Shown here piece by piece: positions 1-10,763 of a DNA stretch of 64,000 nucleotides; within the stretch, counting starts at the first letter, position 1; each line of letters starts with the position of its first letter. Below the pieces are notes generated by a model. That model saw nothing but the letters and a program-made list of their open reading frames with translations, was not told the DNA's origin and ran no database searches. The translations under genes and the position numbers were made by a program. Source of the DNA: Vulcanimicrobiota bacterium (GTDB lineage: Bacteria > Vulcanimicrobiota > Vulcanimicrobiia > Vulcanimicrobiales > Vulcanimicrobiaceae); contig OY970223.1 of assembly GCA_963714015.1 (NCBI GenBank), forward strand, positions 3,136,001 through 3,200,000, written 5' to 3'.

Positions 1-34
1 TGCCGTTGAGATAGACGACGCCTGGCCTTATCAT
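1..34 (-). CDS. 5' end of a gene running off the window, possibly a class IV aminotransferase (MIRPGVVYLNG...)
   Basis: ATG at 34 on the minus strand; 'VYLNG' resembles the N-terminus of D-amino-acid/branched-chain aminotransferases. Only 11 codons are visible. Confidence 0.3.
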   Translation of the reverse strand, partial: MIRPGVVYLNG

Positions 35-84
35 GACGTCGACGGTCCCGGCTTGTGATATTGAGCCGCGAACCGGTATCGAGA

Positions 85-2166
85 TCACAACAGCGCTTCG
101 GGAGCGATCGGCAACTCGCGAACGCGCACGCCGGTCGCGTGATAGACGGCATTTGCGACGGCAGCGGCCGAGCCCGTCATCGCAACTTCGCCAATGCCTT
201 TGACGTGCGCCGCGTTGATGTGCGGATCGTCTTCTTCGACGATGATGATCTCCGGATACAGAATGTCGGCATGCGTTGGAACCAGATACTCGGAAAGATT
301 GGCATTCATGATTCGCGCCGTGCGCGTGTCGTAGCGCGTCTTCTCGTAAAGCGCCATGCTGATGCCCCACACGATCCCGCCGAGGAATTGGCTGCGCGCC
401 GTCTTCTCGTTGAGGATTCGTCCGCCGTCGTAAGCACCGACGAATCGCGTGACGTGCACCGTACCCAAATCCGGATCGACTTCGACTTGAGCAAACTGCG
501 CGCCGAAGGATTGCTGAGCGAAGTTGCGCTCGACGGATTCGTCGGGTTTGTCCTCTACCGTAAAATCGAAACCGGCCTCCGGAACCTCGCCGCCCGACGC
601 CTCCAGCGCCGCGGCCAGTTTTTGCGCCGCTGCAACGACCGCCGAACCGACGCTCGCGGCCGTCTGCGAGCCGGCGGCCAAAGGCGCCTCCGGGAGCAGC
701 GTGTCGCCCCATTCGAAGTGCACGCGTTCGTATGGGAGATTTAGAATCTCCGCGGCAAGCTGCGCGTACACGGTCGAAGATCCCGTGCCTTGTTCGATCG
801 TGCCGCTCTGCACCCGCACTGCTCCGCCGGCGGACATGATAATGCGAATGGTTGCCGCGCTGCGGTGCACGGAACGCGATGCCGTCGCCATGCCCAGGCC
901 AACCAGCATCCGGCCGTCGCGCATGGAGCGCGGCTGCGGGTTGCGCCGGCTCCATCCGAAGGCTTCGGCCGCCAGCGTATACGCGCGATCCAGATGTTTG
1001 CTGGTATACGGCTTGCCCGAATCAGGGTCGTTCGCCGAATAGTTGCGCCGGCGCAGCTCCAGCGGATCGATTCCGAGTTCGTACGCGAGCTCGTCCATCG
1101 CGGATTCGAGCGCGAACGAGCCGGTCGACTCACCGGGCGCGCGCTGAAACGTCGGTTTGCTGATGTGCAGCCGCCGCAGTTCTTGCGACATTGAAAAGTT
1201 CGCCGTCGCGTAGAGATCCCGGCTGAATACTGTGCTCGGCTCGACGTATTCGTCCGCGATGCTGGTTTCATTAGCGGATCGATGCATAACGCAAAGCAGC
1301 CGGCCGTCACGATCGGCGCCCAGACAGATGTGCTGCTCGGTCTGCGGACGGTGCCCGACCCAGCCGAACATCTGCGGACGAGTAACAAGCAGCATCACGG
1401 GCCGTCCGACGACCTTGGCTGCCATTGCGGCAAGCGGAACGTGCGACCACGGTTGGCCTTTGCTCCCGAACGCGCCGCCGACGAACGGCGCAATGACGCG
1501 CACGTTCTCCTTCGGAATTCCGAAGACGTGCGCCAACCTGTTGCGCACGCCGAACGCCCACTGCGTCGAGTCGTGCAGCGTCAACCGGTCATCTTCCCAG
1601 TACGCGAGGGTCCCGTGCGTCTCCATGGGATTGTGATGCTCGGTGGGCGTGCGGTACGTTCGCTCGATTCGCACTGGCGCGTCCGCAAATGCCGCCTGCG
1701 GTGTGCCGCGCTCGTGGGTGGCCGGCTCCCCGAATATTTCCTTCGGCAAAAAGACTTCGCCACGATCCAAGTCCGTGACCGGCGCTTGCGCTTCATACGT
1801 TACGTGCACCAAATCGGCGGCGTGAACGGCTTGTTCGAGCGTCTGCGCAACCACGACCGCAACGGGCTGCCGGTCGAACTCGACGCGATCGTTCTGCAGT
1901 AAGAACAATATCGAATCCATCGGCGACGTCCGGCAGGCATCCACTTTCGGCGCGTTGCGGTGCGTGAGCACTTCCAGCACTCCCGGTATTGCGCGCGCCA
2001 CGGACTCGTCGATCGAAACGATTCTGCCGTTCGCCACTGCGCTCGCAACAACGACGGCATGCGTCATTCCCTCGATGGCGTTGTCGCCGGTATAGACGGC
2101 CCGGCCGGTAACTTTGTCGACTCCGTCCTTGCGGTCTATCGGCTTGCCGATCAACGGCTGACTCAT
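85..2166 (-). CDS. Xanthine dehydrogenase family molybdopterin-binding subunit (PaoC/YagR-like)
   Basis: Motifs DGVDKVTGRAVY, HNPMETH, VGGAFGSK, QFLGGIVWG, KGIGE; start MSQPLIG overlaps the stop of the FAD subunit. Confidence 0.93.
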   Translation of the reverse strand: MSQPLIGKPIDRKDGVDKVTGRAVYTGDNAIEGMTHAVVVASAVANGRIVSIDESVARAIPGVLEVLTHRNAPKVDACRTSPMDSILFLLQNDRVEFDRQPVAVVVAQTLEQAVHAADLVHVTYEAQAPVTDLDRGEVFLPKEIFGEPATHERGTPQAAFADAPVRIERTYRTPTEHHNPMETHGTLAYWEDDRLTLHDSTQWAFGVRNRLAHVFGIPKENVRVIAPFVGGAFGSKGQPWSHVPLAAMAAKVVGRPVMLLVTRPQMFGWVGHRPQTEQHICLGADRDGRLLCVMHRSANETSIADEYVEPSTVFSRDLYATANFSMSQELRRLHISKPTFQRAPGESTGSFALESAMDELAYELGIDPLELRRRNYSANDPDSGKPYTSKHLDRAYTLAAEAFGWSRRNPQPRSMRDGRMLVGLGMATASRSVHRSAATIRIIMSAGGAVRVQSGTIEQGTGSSTVYAQLAAEILNLPYERVHFEWGDTLLPEAPLAAGSQTAASVGSAVVAAAQKLAAALEASGGEVPEAGFDFTVEDKPDESVERNFAQQSFGAQFAQVEVDPDLGTVHVTRFVGAYDGGRILNEKTARSQFLGGIVWGISMALYEKTRYDTRTARIMNANLSEYLVPTHADILYPEIIIVEEDDPHINAAHVKGIGEVAMTGSAAAVANAVYHATGVRVRELPIAPEALL

Positions 2167-3143
2167 GTGCCGGCCGCAATCTCCAGCGCGCGCACCAGCG
2201 TGCGTTTCGCCAAGGGAATTTTGAAATCGTTCTGCCCGTAGCCGCACGCGTTGGCCAGTGCCGCCTCCGCCGCCCGCGCGTAACTCTCGCGTGAGGGTGC
2301 AGCGCCGTTGAGCGCGTTCTCCGCTTCGTGCGATCGCCAAGGGATAGTGGCGATCCCTCCCAGCGCAATGCGGCAACTCTGAATAACGCCGCCCTCAACA
2401 TTCACGGCTACGGCCGCCGACGCGAGCGCGAACTCATAGGCGGCGCGATTGCGCGCTTTGAGATACGTTGAATGTGCAGCAAACGACGGGAGCGGTATGG
2501 TGATTCCGGTAATCAGTTCGCCCGGCTCGAGTGCGTTTTCAATGTGCGGCGTATCGCCCGGCAGACGGTAAAACCGCGCGAACGGAATCTCCCGCGAGCC
2601 CTTCGCTCCGGTAACCTGTACCACCGTGTCGAGCGCGGCTAGAACGACTGCCGCATCCGATGCATGGGTTGCAATGCAATGCTCGCTCGTTCCGAGCACG
2701 GCTTCCATCCGGTTCATGCCGCCGATTGCGCCGCAACCGCTACCCGGTTCGCGCTTGTTGCAGGCCGTCGCAACGTCACGAAAATATGGGCAGCGCGTGC
2801 GCTGCAGGATGTTGCCGCCCATCGAGGCCATGTTGCGCAGCTGCGGCGACGCGCTGGCGTCCAGCGCGAGCGCCAGCATGGGAACCGCTGCACGAATGCC
2901 CGGGTGAGCAGCGACGTCGCTCATTCGCGCAAGCGCACCAAGCCGCACGCTTGCAGTGTCGCATTCGATTTTCGCAAGCGGCAGCGCGTTGATGTCGACG
3001 AGCATCTCCGGCACTTCAACCGCGTCTTTCATCAAATCCAGAACATTCGTGCCGCCGGCGATGAACTGCGCCCGCACGTTTTCCGAAAGTGCGGTGACTG
3101 CATCCTCCGCCGTCGCCGCGCGCGTGAATGCGAACGGATTCAC
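2163..3143 (-). CDS. Xanthine dehydrogenase family FAD-binding subunit (PaoB/YagS-like, with Cys-rich [4Fe-4S] insert)
   Basis: IAGGTN, ASPQLRNMASMGGN, RCPYFRD..CNKREPGSGC, HCIATH; GTG start at 3143 overlaps the upstream stop. Confidence 0.92.
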   Translation of the reverse strand: MNPFAFTRAATAEDAVTALSENVRAQFIAGGTNVLDLMKDAVEVPEMLVDINALPLAKIECDTASVRLGALARMSDVAAHPGIRAAVPMLALALDASASPQLRNMASMGGNILQRTRCPYFRDVATACNKREPGSGCGAIGGMNRMEAVLGTSEHCIATHASDAAVVLAALDTVVQVTGAKGSREIPFARFYRLPGDTPHIENALEPGELITGITIPLPSFAAHSTYLKARNRAAYEFALASAAVAVNVEGGVIQSCRIALGGIATIPWRSHEAENALNGAAPSRESYARAAEAALANACGYGQNDFKIPLAKRTLVRALEIAAGT

Positions 3144-3622
3144 GTCGATCCGCCGGCTTCCGCGATAGCGTCCACGATGTGGGGATAGCAGCCGCAGCGG
3201 CAGATGTTGCCGCTCATCTGCTCGCGAATCGTCGCCGGGTCGAGGGCATGCCCTTCCGCCAGCATGCCCACCGCCGAAACGATCTGGCCGGGCGTGCAGT
3301 ATCCGCATTGAAAGCCGTCGTGCTTGATGAAAGCGGCCTGAAGCGGATGCAGTTTGCCGTCTTTCGCCAAGCCTTCGATCGTCCCGATCTCGTCGCCCTC
3401 GTGCATAACGGCGAGCGTCAAGCATGAAACGATCCGCCGCCCGTTGACCAGAACGGTACACGCGCCGCAGGTACCCTGATCGCAGCCCTTCTTCGTTCCG
3501 GTGAGCGCAAGCGGCCCGCGCAGGGCGTCCAGCAGCGTCACCCGGGATTCGACTTGAATCGTGTGGCGCGCACCGTTGACGGTCAGCGTTACGTCGTGCA
3601 TGACGAAGCCGCGGCGCTGCAT
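3140..3622 (-). CDS. (2Fe-2S)-binding subunit (PaoA/YagT-like)
   Basis: GTKKGCDQGTCGACTV, QCGYCTPGQ, GNICRCG; GAGG RBS before ATG 3622. Confidence 0.93.
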   Translation of the reverse strand: MQRRGFVMHDVTLTVNGARHTIQVESRVTLLDALRGPLALTGTKKGCDQGTCGACTVLVNGRRIVSCLTLAVMHEGDEIGTIEGLAKDGKLHPLQAAFIKHDGFQCGYCTPGQIVSAVGMLAEGHALDPATIREQMSGNICRCGCYPHIVDAIAEAGGST

Positions 3623-3633
3623 CGAATCCTCTC

Positions 3634-5244
3634 TCACCGCCGCAAGGCTACCAGCGTTCGGATCACATGAATTGCCGCAGCGGCAACGGCAATCCAGAAG
3701 ATGACGCCAATCCAGGTCTGCCAGCCTTGGGGATGATAGAAGAGCATGACGATAGCCAAGCCCACGATGCACGCAGCCGCGAGCATCGACGCGTTCGCGC
3801 GTTCGACGGCGCGCTCGAACCGGCGCAGGATATAGTCGACGTCTTCGATGCGGGCCCAGACGCGTAAATTTCCGCGCTCGACCTCGCCCATGACTCGATC
3901 GACCCGCCGCGGCAGGTCGATGCTCAATTCAGCGGCGTCGCGTGCCGAATCGCGCACGCGTTCGATCCATTCCTCACCCGACGTCGCTCCGAAGACCAGT
4001 TTGTCGGCGAGCGGTTCGAGATGCTCGCTCAAGTTCGTCTGGGGATCGATCGACTCCAAAAGCCCCTCGCACATGACGATTCCCTTGAACAGCAACGCGA
4101 GGTTTCCGGGCAGCCGCAGTCCGAAGCGGCGGACGATTTCAATGAGATCGCCGAGCGCCGCTCCGAACGGCAACTCGTCGAGCGAGACCGCGACATACCG
4201 CTCCAGCAGGCGATCGATTTCCGCGGTAAACGCGGCGCGATCGATCGGACGTGTCGGCGCGGTCATCTCGACGATGCGATCCGCCAGCCGTTCCGCGTCG
4301 CGGCGATCCATCGCCAAGAATACGTCGGCGACGCGCCGGCGCGCTTCAGGCGTGAGTCTGCCCACCATTCCGAAGTCGACGACGCCCAGCAAACCGTCCG
4401 CAGTAACGTAGAAATTGCCGCCGTGCGGATCCGCATGAAAGATTCCGTGAAAGAATGCCGGCTCCAGGACGAAACGTCCGATGCGCCGCACCACCGACGA
4501 TCGCCGGCGCTTGGGCAGCGTTGCCGCTTCTTGCGGCGCCATGCCGTTGACGCGCGTCATGACCAGCACGCGTCCGGTGGAGAGTTCGCCGATAACTTCA
4601 GGCAGCACGAAACCGCGTTCCTTTTCGAAGATCTTGCGGAACGTCTGAATGTTTGCCGCCTCGCGTCGATAGTCCAACTCCGCGCGCAGTGTGTCGCCGA
4701 ACTCACGCGCCAAGCCGCGAGCATCGTACTCGCGCAAAACCTCGAGGCGATCGCTCCAGGTCTCGACCAAGCCGTTCAAAATCTGCAAGTCGGTGTCGAC
4801 CGATTGCGCGACGCCCGGTTTGCGCACTTTGACGGCAACCTCCCGCCCATCATGCAGACGGGCAGCGTGCACTTGCCCGATGGAAGCGCTTGCTATGGCG
4901 GCAGGATCGAACGTGCCGAACAGGGTCGTAACGGGCGCCCCGAGCTCCGCTTCGATGACCTGCTCGATTGCTTCGTACGGAAGGGCCGGAACGGTGTCCT
5001 GAAGCTTGCGCAACTCGAAGAGATAGGGTTCGTCGAGCAAGTCGCCGCGCGTCGAAAGGACCTGGCCGAGTTTGATGAACGTCGTGCCCAGTTCCTCGCA
5101 CGCCTCGCGGAGATGCACCGCCCGGTGCGCCTCGTCGCGGTTGCCGGCAGCACCAATGCCATGCTTGGCAAGCGCCGCCATGACGTCGCGATACCGTTGT
5201 CCTTTGGATTTGGGCGCCTCGGCCGGCGGTTCGTGTTGTTCCAT
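3634..5244 (-). CDS. ABC1/UbiB-family atypical kinase with C-terminal TM helices
   Basis: FIKLGQVLSTR, ASASIGQVH, VAVKV, FHADPHGGN, DFGMVG. Confidence 0.9.
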   Translation of the reverse strand: MEQHEPPAEAPKSKGQRYRDVMAALAKHGIGAAGNRDEAHRAVHLREACEELGTTFIKLGQVLSTRGDLLDEPYLFELRKLQDTVPALPYEAIEQVIEAELGAPVTTLFGTFDPAAIASASIGQVHAARLHDGREVAVKVRKPGVAQSVDTDLQILNGLVETWSDRLEVLREYDARGLAREFGDTLRAELDYRREAANIQTFRKIFEKERGFVLPEVIGELSTGRVLVMTRVNGMAPQEAATLPKRRRSSVVRRIGRFVLEPAFFHGIFHADPHGGNFYVTADGLLGVVDFGMVGRLTPEARRRVADVFLAMDRRDAERLADRIVEMTAPTRPIDRAAFTAEIDRLLERYVAVSLDELPFGAALGDLIEIVRRFGLRLPGNLALLFKGIVMCEGLLESIDPQTNLSEHLEPLADKLVFGATSGEEWIERVRDSARDAAELSIDLPRRVDRVMGEVERGNLRVWARIEDVDYILRRFERAVERANASMLAAACIVGLAIVMLFYHPQGWQTWIGVIFWIAVAAAAIHVIRTLVALRR

Positions 5245-5298
5245 GCCGCTTGGCCGTTATTCCCAACTCGGGCGGCCGCGGCTTCCATGCCGCCGGAA

Positions 5299-6864
5299 TC
5301 AGTTAATCGTAACGTTCACCGGGGCCGAGGGAATGCCGTTCGCAACGACCGTGATGGTGCTCGGGCCGGTTTCGATGTTCGCCGGAACGTCGAATTGCGC
5401 GGTCACCGGCGACTGCGACGCAACGCCCATGAAGCTGAAGTCGTGCGTGCGCGCGTAAAAGACGTCGCCCGTTGCAGTGTTCACGATCCTGACCAGCGGA
5501 TAATTCTCCGCCATCTGCGCATCGTCGCCGTACGAGTTCTCCTGGCTGAATCCGTTCAAACGCTTTCCCTTAATCGTGTACGTCAGGCCGTGCGTGAGTG
5601 TTTTGGGCACGATTCCGATGGACGGAGCAATTTTGCTGTTCGGTTTGGCGCCGTACGTAAAAATCTCGACGTCGTCCGAACCGTCGGTTTCCAAAACCTG
5701 CCCCGTAGGAAGCATCAGCAGCCGCACGTTGTAGCTCGCGTCATTGATCGCGTTCGGCGGACCGGCAATAGGCTGAAGCGTCGTCTGCAAAACGTAAAAG
5801 TACGCCGGCGTCTGATAGAGGCCCGGGCTAAGCACCATCAGCATGTTGCCGTTGACCAGGTTCGAGAGGGGGCCATCGGCCTCGTCGAGCCGCTGGCCGC
5901 TGACTTTTGGAAAAGTCGGGCCCGCTTTCCAAACGCCGGTCGACGCGTTGTAATATGCGGTGTTCAAGTTCGCGCCGGCGACGAAGACTTGGCCGAAGGG
6001 CAAAAGACTCTGCGGTCCGATCTCGGCGCCCTTCGTCAGTTTGGAGGGCGCATTGCCCGCAGAAGACCATGTACCGGTGGACGCGTTATAAACTTCGCTA
6101 TTCGGTGCATCCAAAACATCCGCAGTGAAAACGTTGCCGTCCGGCAGCAGCGTCCAGCCTTCCTCGGAGTTCGGATCGGCTTTCCCGGCACCGGTCGAGG
6201 TCCACGTCATGGTGGACTCGTCCAAAAGCGCTTGGTTTGAGTCGCAGCACGTTCCGAGCATGTAAGTGCCGTTTGAAAGTACGACGCTTGGAGCATCGCC
6301 GATCGCCGACCAGCCCGGCGGCGGCGAAACCATCGTCCAGGTATTGGCGACCGGATCGTAGATTGCGCCCTGCGTCGTGTCGGCCGGTTGGAAAAAGTTG
6401 TATTCGCCGCCGTTTACGATCAATTTGCCGTCGGGCAGTATCGCGGATGCATAATACTCCGGCGCGTAACCGGACGGAAACGAAGCTTTCGGCGTCCAGG
6501 TGCCGGTCACGTAATTTCCTTTGATGTCGGGCGCCAGGCTATACCAGCTGGACTCGTTGTCATGCACCATGACCGTGCCGTCCGTCATCAGCAGCGCCGT
6601 ACCCGCGCCGTTGACGCCGAACGGTGCCGGCTGGGCGACCGGCTGCCAGCCGGCCGAAAAGGCGAGAGCACGATTGGAAGCGGTAATGCGATGCGTGCGC
6701 GCCGGCGGATGCGCAGGCGTTCGTTGGAACGCTTCGGGGCCCACCGCGTTCAGTGGAGCTCCGTTAACGCCGGGTACAGTAGAGCCGGCATGTCCGCAGC
6801 CCGAGAGGCTAACGGACACGGCGGCCGCGAGAACGGCTGCGCCGGGACGTAAAAGTCGCATCAT
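5299..6864 (-). CDS. Secreted lipoprotein with kelch-like/galactose-oxidase-like beta-propeller and C-terminal Ig-like domain
   Basis: Lipobox LSGC; repeated LLxDGxV / YDP..NTW / YN..TGxW kelch-like units. Confidence 0.7.
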   Translation of the reverse strand: MMRLLRPGAAVLAAAVSVSLSGCGHAGSTVPGVNGAPLNAVGPEAFQRTPAHPPARTHRITASNRALAFSAGWQPVAQPAPFGVNGAGTALLMTDGTVMVHDNESSWYSLAPDIKGNYVTGTWTPKASFPSGYAPEYYASAILPDGKLIVNGGEYNFFQPADTTQGAIYDPVANTWTMVSPPPGWSAIGDAPSVVLSNGTYMLGTCCDSNQALLDESTMTWTSTGAGKADPNSEEGWTLLPDGNVFTADVLDAPNSEVYNASTGTWSSAGNAPSKLTKGAEIGPQSLLPFGQVFVAGANLNTAYYNASTGVWKAGPTFPKVSGQRLDEADGPLSNLVNGNMLMVLSPGLYQTPAYFYVLQTTLQPIAGPPNAINDASYNVRLLMLPTGQVLETDGSDDVEIFTYGAKPNSKIAPSIGIVPKTLTHGLTYTIKGKRLNGFSQENSYGDDAQMAENYPLVRIVNTATGDVFYARTHDFSFMGVASQSPVTAQFDVPANIETGPSTITVVANGIPSAPVNVTIN

Positions 6865-6959
6865 TCTAGACCCTAACCTCGGCGGCGTCCCAAGGCAAGG
6901 TCAAAATTGACTATAGCGCGGGCGCCTTGCTCTCCCGCGGGAACACTCTGCAAGACCAC

Positions 6960-7595
6960 GTGCGAAATCTCACTCGATCCGCTGCCGACTACGTCCCCGA
7001 TACCCGCTCGCTCAAGCGATTAAGGGAAGCGTCCGCTGCCTGCCGCGGCTGCGATCTCTACAAGTATGCGACACAGACCGTATTCGGTGAAGGAAAGGCG
7101 CGCGCGCCGCTCATGTTCGTCGGAGAACAGCCCGGCGATAGCGAGGATCGCGCGGGGCGGCCGTTCGTCGGGCCGGCCGGCGCCCTTCTGCGCAAGACGA
7201 TGCTGCAAGCCGGTATCGATCCGAAATCGGCTTACATTACCAACGCCGTCAAGCACTTCAAGTTCGTCGTCCGCGGAAAGCGGCGCATTCATGCAAAGCC
7301 GAAGACGATTGAGGTTCAAGCCTGCGAGCCTTGGCTCGAATCCGAGATTACGCTGGTGAAGCCGGAGCTCGTCGTCGCCCTCGGCGCTACGGCTGCGCAA
7401 GCGCTCCTTGGGCCGTCGTTCCGCTTGACGAAGCATCGCGGAGAAATCGTGTCGTCGCCGCTGGCTGCGCGCGTAATTGCCACGGTTCACCCCTCGTCGA
7501 TCTTGCGCGCGCCGGATCCGGATCGGCGTCATCGCGAACTCGCGCTGTTCTTGGAAGATCTGCGCACCGTTGCCGGTATCGTTCGTTCTAAGTGA
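6960..7595 (+). CDS. udgX: UdgX-type uracil-DNA glycosylase (family 4, Fe-S)
   Basis: [25 protein letters not shown]-loop signature, HPSSILR. Start GTG 6960 or TTG 6927. Confidence 0.88.
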   Translation: MRNLTRSAADYVPDTRSLKRLREASAACRGCDLYKYATQTVFGEGKARAPLMFVGEQPGDSEDRAGRPFVGPAGALLRKTMLQAGIDPKSAYITNAVKHFKFVVRGKRRIHAKPKTIEVQACEPWLESEITLVKPELVVALGATAAQALLGPSFRLTKHRGEIVSSPLAARVIATVHPSSILRAPDPDRRHRELALFLEDLRTVAGIVRSK

Positions 7596-10501
7596 ACAGA
7601 CGCTCGATGTCGGCGTGCTCCAAACGAAGCGGCGCCGCGGACGCTTCGGCAAAAAGGTTGGCCGCGAGCGCGCCTTTGCGTTGCTGAAGATCCAAGATGC
7701 GCTCCTCCACTGTTCCTTCGGCGATCAGTTTGTAGACGAAAACGTGCTGCTCTTGTCCTATCCGGTGAGCGCGATCGGTCGCCTGACGTTCGACGGCGGG
7801 ATTCCACCAAGGATCGTAATGGATCACCGTATCGGCTGCGGTAAGGTTCAGGCCGGTTCCGCCGGCTTTCAAGCTGATGAGGAAGAGCGGCACCTCCCTT
7901 CGCTGGAAACGTGCAACCGGGGTCTCACGATCGCGCGTATCGCCGCGCAGTTCGACGAACTGCATCTCGCGCGAACCGAGCTCTGCTTTAATCAAGTCGA
8001 GCATCGACGTGAATTGCGAGAAGAGCAGAATTCTGCGCCCGTCGTCGACGAGGTTTTCGAGCATCTCGAGGAGCGCCTCAAGACTTCTGTGACTCCTTGA
8101 CGCCGGCCGCCGCCGGAAGTTTGACAAGCCGCGGATCGCAGCAGACCTGCCGCAGCTTGAGCAGTGCATCCAGCACCACGATGCGGCTTCGCGCGAGGCC
8201 GCGGCGTTGCACTTCTTCGCGGACGCGGCGATGCATCGCCAGGCGAATCGTTTCATAGAGATCGCGCTGCGCGCCCGGCAGTTCGATGCGCTGAACGATC
8301 TCCGTGAGCTCCGGAAGTTCCGAGGCAACGCGATCTTTGGTTCGCCGCAGCAGAAACGGGCGCAGACGTGCGGCCAGCGCGCTGTGCCGCAGGGAGTCTC
8401 CGCGCTTTTCGATAGGCCCGCGAAACGATCGGGCAAAACGCGAGCGTTCGCCGAGCAGCCCCGGAACGGCGAACGCGTAAATGGACCAAAGCTCTTCCAA
8501 ATGGTTTTCGATCGGCGTTCCCGTCATTGCCAAACGTTGTCCTGCGCGCAGTTCGCGCGCAACCGCCGCCGCCTTGGCGCGCGGATTCTTGATTGCTTGC
8601 GCTTCGTCAAGCACCGCAATCGACCAGTCCCGTTCGAGCAAGTATTCCGCATCGCGCGGCAGCAGCGCGTACGTCGTCAAAGCGACGTCGCTGTTTCCGA
8701 TCTGCGCGAATTGCGATCCGCGATCCGCGCCGGTCAGCGAAATGACCCGCAATTCCGGAACGAAGCGCGCAATCTCCGCTCGCCAGTTCGGAACGACGCT
8801 CGTCGGCGCTACGATCAGCGCAGGCGCGGTCAGCCGTCCCGCGGCCTTTTCGATTGCGACGTGGGCAAGCAGTTGCACAGTCTTGCCCAAGCCCATGTCG
8901 TCCGCCAGAACGCCGCCGAACCCATGCTCGCGCAGCGCCTGCAGCCACGCCACGCCGTCGCTCTGATATGGGCGCAGCACCGCCTTGAATGTATCCGGAA
9001 CCAGTAGCTCACTTCCGCTGACGCCGCTCAAGGCTTCCGTCAGATCGCGCAGCGCGCGGGCGTTCGACCATTGCAGGCCGATCGTGCCTTCCAAATGGGA
9101 AAGCGCCGCTGCTTGGAGCCGGTTCACTTGCAGACGGCCGCCCTCCGAAACGTTTCCCCCGTCGAAAAGGTCCGCCAGCGTCGCCAGCACGCGAGCTACG
9201 CGCGCCGCCGGCAACGCGACGTACTTGCCTGAAGGCAGACGACCGAAAATCGGATCCGTGCGCTCCGCCAATGCGGACAGATCGTCGCCCAGGCCGATGC
9301 CGTTGACTTCGAGCGCATCGAGAACGATCGGCAGCAGCGCAAGGCGTTCGCCTTCGACGTCGATGCCTAAGTCGAGTTCGAACCAGCGGCGCTCGGTTTC
9401 CGTAAGGTCGGCGTGCCATTCCGGCTCCGGCTCGACGACTGAAAACGGAAATGCGTCGTCGACGTCGATGCGCCAGCCTTGCGCGCGCAGTTGCGGCGCA
9501 GTGCTTGCGGCAAAGCGAACCCAGCGGACTTCTTCGACCGCCTCGAACCGGCTGTTCGTCCAGTCGGCCGCCCCGAAGCCCCACTCACGAAGGCGCGACA
9601 CAATCTGTTTTTCATAGGAAGCGCGGCGCGGCCACGTCGAGGCGGTTCCAGGCCCGTCGCTGCGGAATTCGCGAGCTTCGTCCCCGGCGCGAACCAAATG
9701 CTCGCCATAGGCAAACCGCAGGTCGAGGAACGCGGCGCCGTTGGCACCGCTCAAGCGCATGACGGGAGTCGGATCGCGATCGACGACGTGCTGGTCTACC
9801 GAGACCATCGGGCCTTCGATGCCTGCCGGCGAGAAGACCTGACGCAGCGCGACGTGCGCCCGGCGCGCTTGTTCTTCCGTCAGGGCAGGCGCAGAGGCAA
9901 CCACCGGCGCGATATCGCCGGGAATGCCGGCATCGAGCGGACCCGCGACGTCTTGCTCGGGATCGGCATACCACAAGGGACTGGAACTGATGAGCACCGT
10001 GGATGGCCGGCCTTCCACATGAGCTCGCTGACGGTGGTCCGAATCCACACGCCAGATCAGCCGCGCCCGGACGGGCTCCAGTTGGAGCGACGGAGCCTGA
10101 AGCGAGTTCCAATGCAGGCGGCCCGTCCGGATCAGCACGTCGAGCAGCGTCCCCAGAATCGTCGGGGAGAGGGTTCCCAATCCGCCGAGCAAGCCGCTAG
10201 CCGCAACGAGCCGTCCCACGGTGCGATCCGAAGGGAGGACGTACTTACCCCCGGCCTGCGCCAGCGTTCGCAGATCCTGCAGCCGGGGCGCGCCGTGCGT
10301 GCCGATCCTGTAGACCGGTACGACGTACGCCGCCAGATGGAAGCGCGGAACGTAGTAGTGCTCCTGCACGTCGATCGTATAGCGCAGATGATCCCGGGCC
10401 GGCGCAGGTTCCGAGGATTGAGCCGAAAGCAAAGCCTCAATCCAGCTGTCTACTGCGCCGTCGGCGGCGTCCCGTTTAGGCAAGCTCGCGCGGTTCTTCA
10501 C
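7588..10501 (-). CDS. SNF2-family helicase/ATPase (one frameshift near 8083)
   Basis: [23 protein letters not shown] in ORF 8078-10603; [30 protein letters not shown] in ORF 7588-8436; GGAG before GTG 10501. Confidence 0.88.
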
Positions 10502-10763
10502 CCGGGCTCCGGAACACTTCCGTTCCGAAAGCCAACAAGCGCGGCTGGGGTTTTTGGGGAAGCAATGCGCTTTCGGGGAAGGCTCGTTCGGAAGAGGAAG
10601 CAAGTAGCGCTAGTCATTTTTTACTACGGACTTCCTATAAGAATTGCTTATGGCTTGCCAAGTTGCTTCCGCTATAATGAGCGCAAGCAAGAGCACCGGT
10701 TCTTGGCCATGGAGACGGCGTTCGCCTTAGAATGCCCTGTTTGAAGATTTGGAGCTTCATTAC

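Noticed and set aside
4021..6240. 739-aa + strand ORF and many similar long ORFs (e.g. 9479-10744, 21485-22732, 34623-36104)
   Set aside because: Antisense shadows of well-supported genes in GC-rich DNA, with no motifs of their own.
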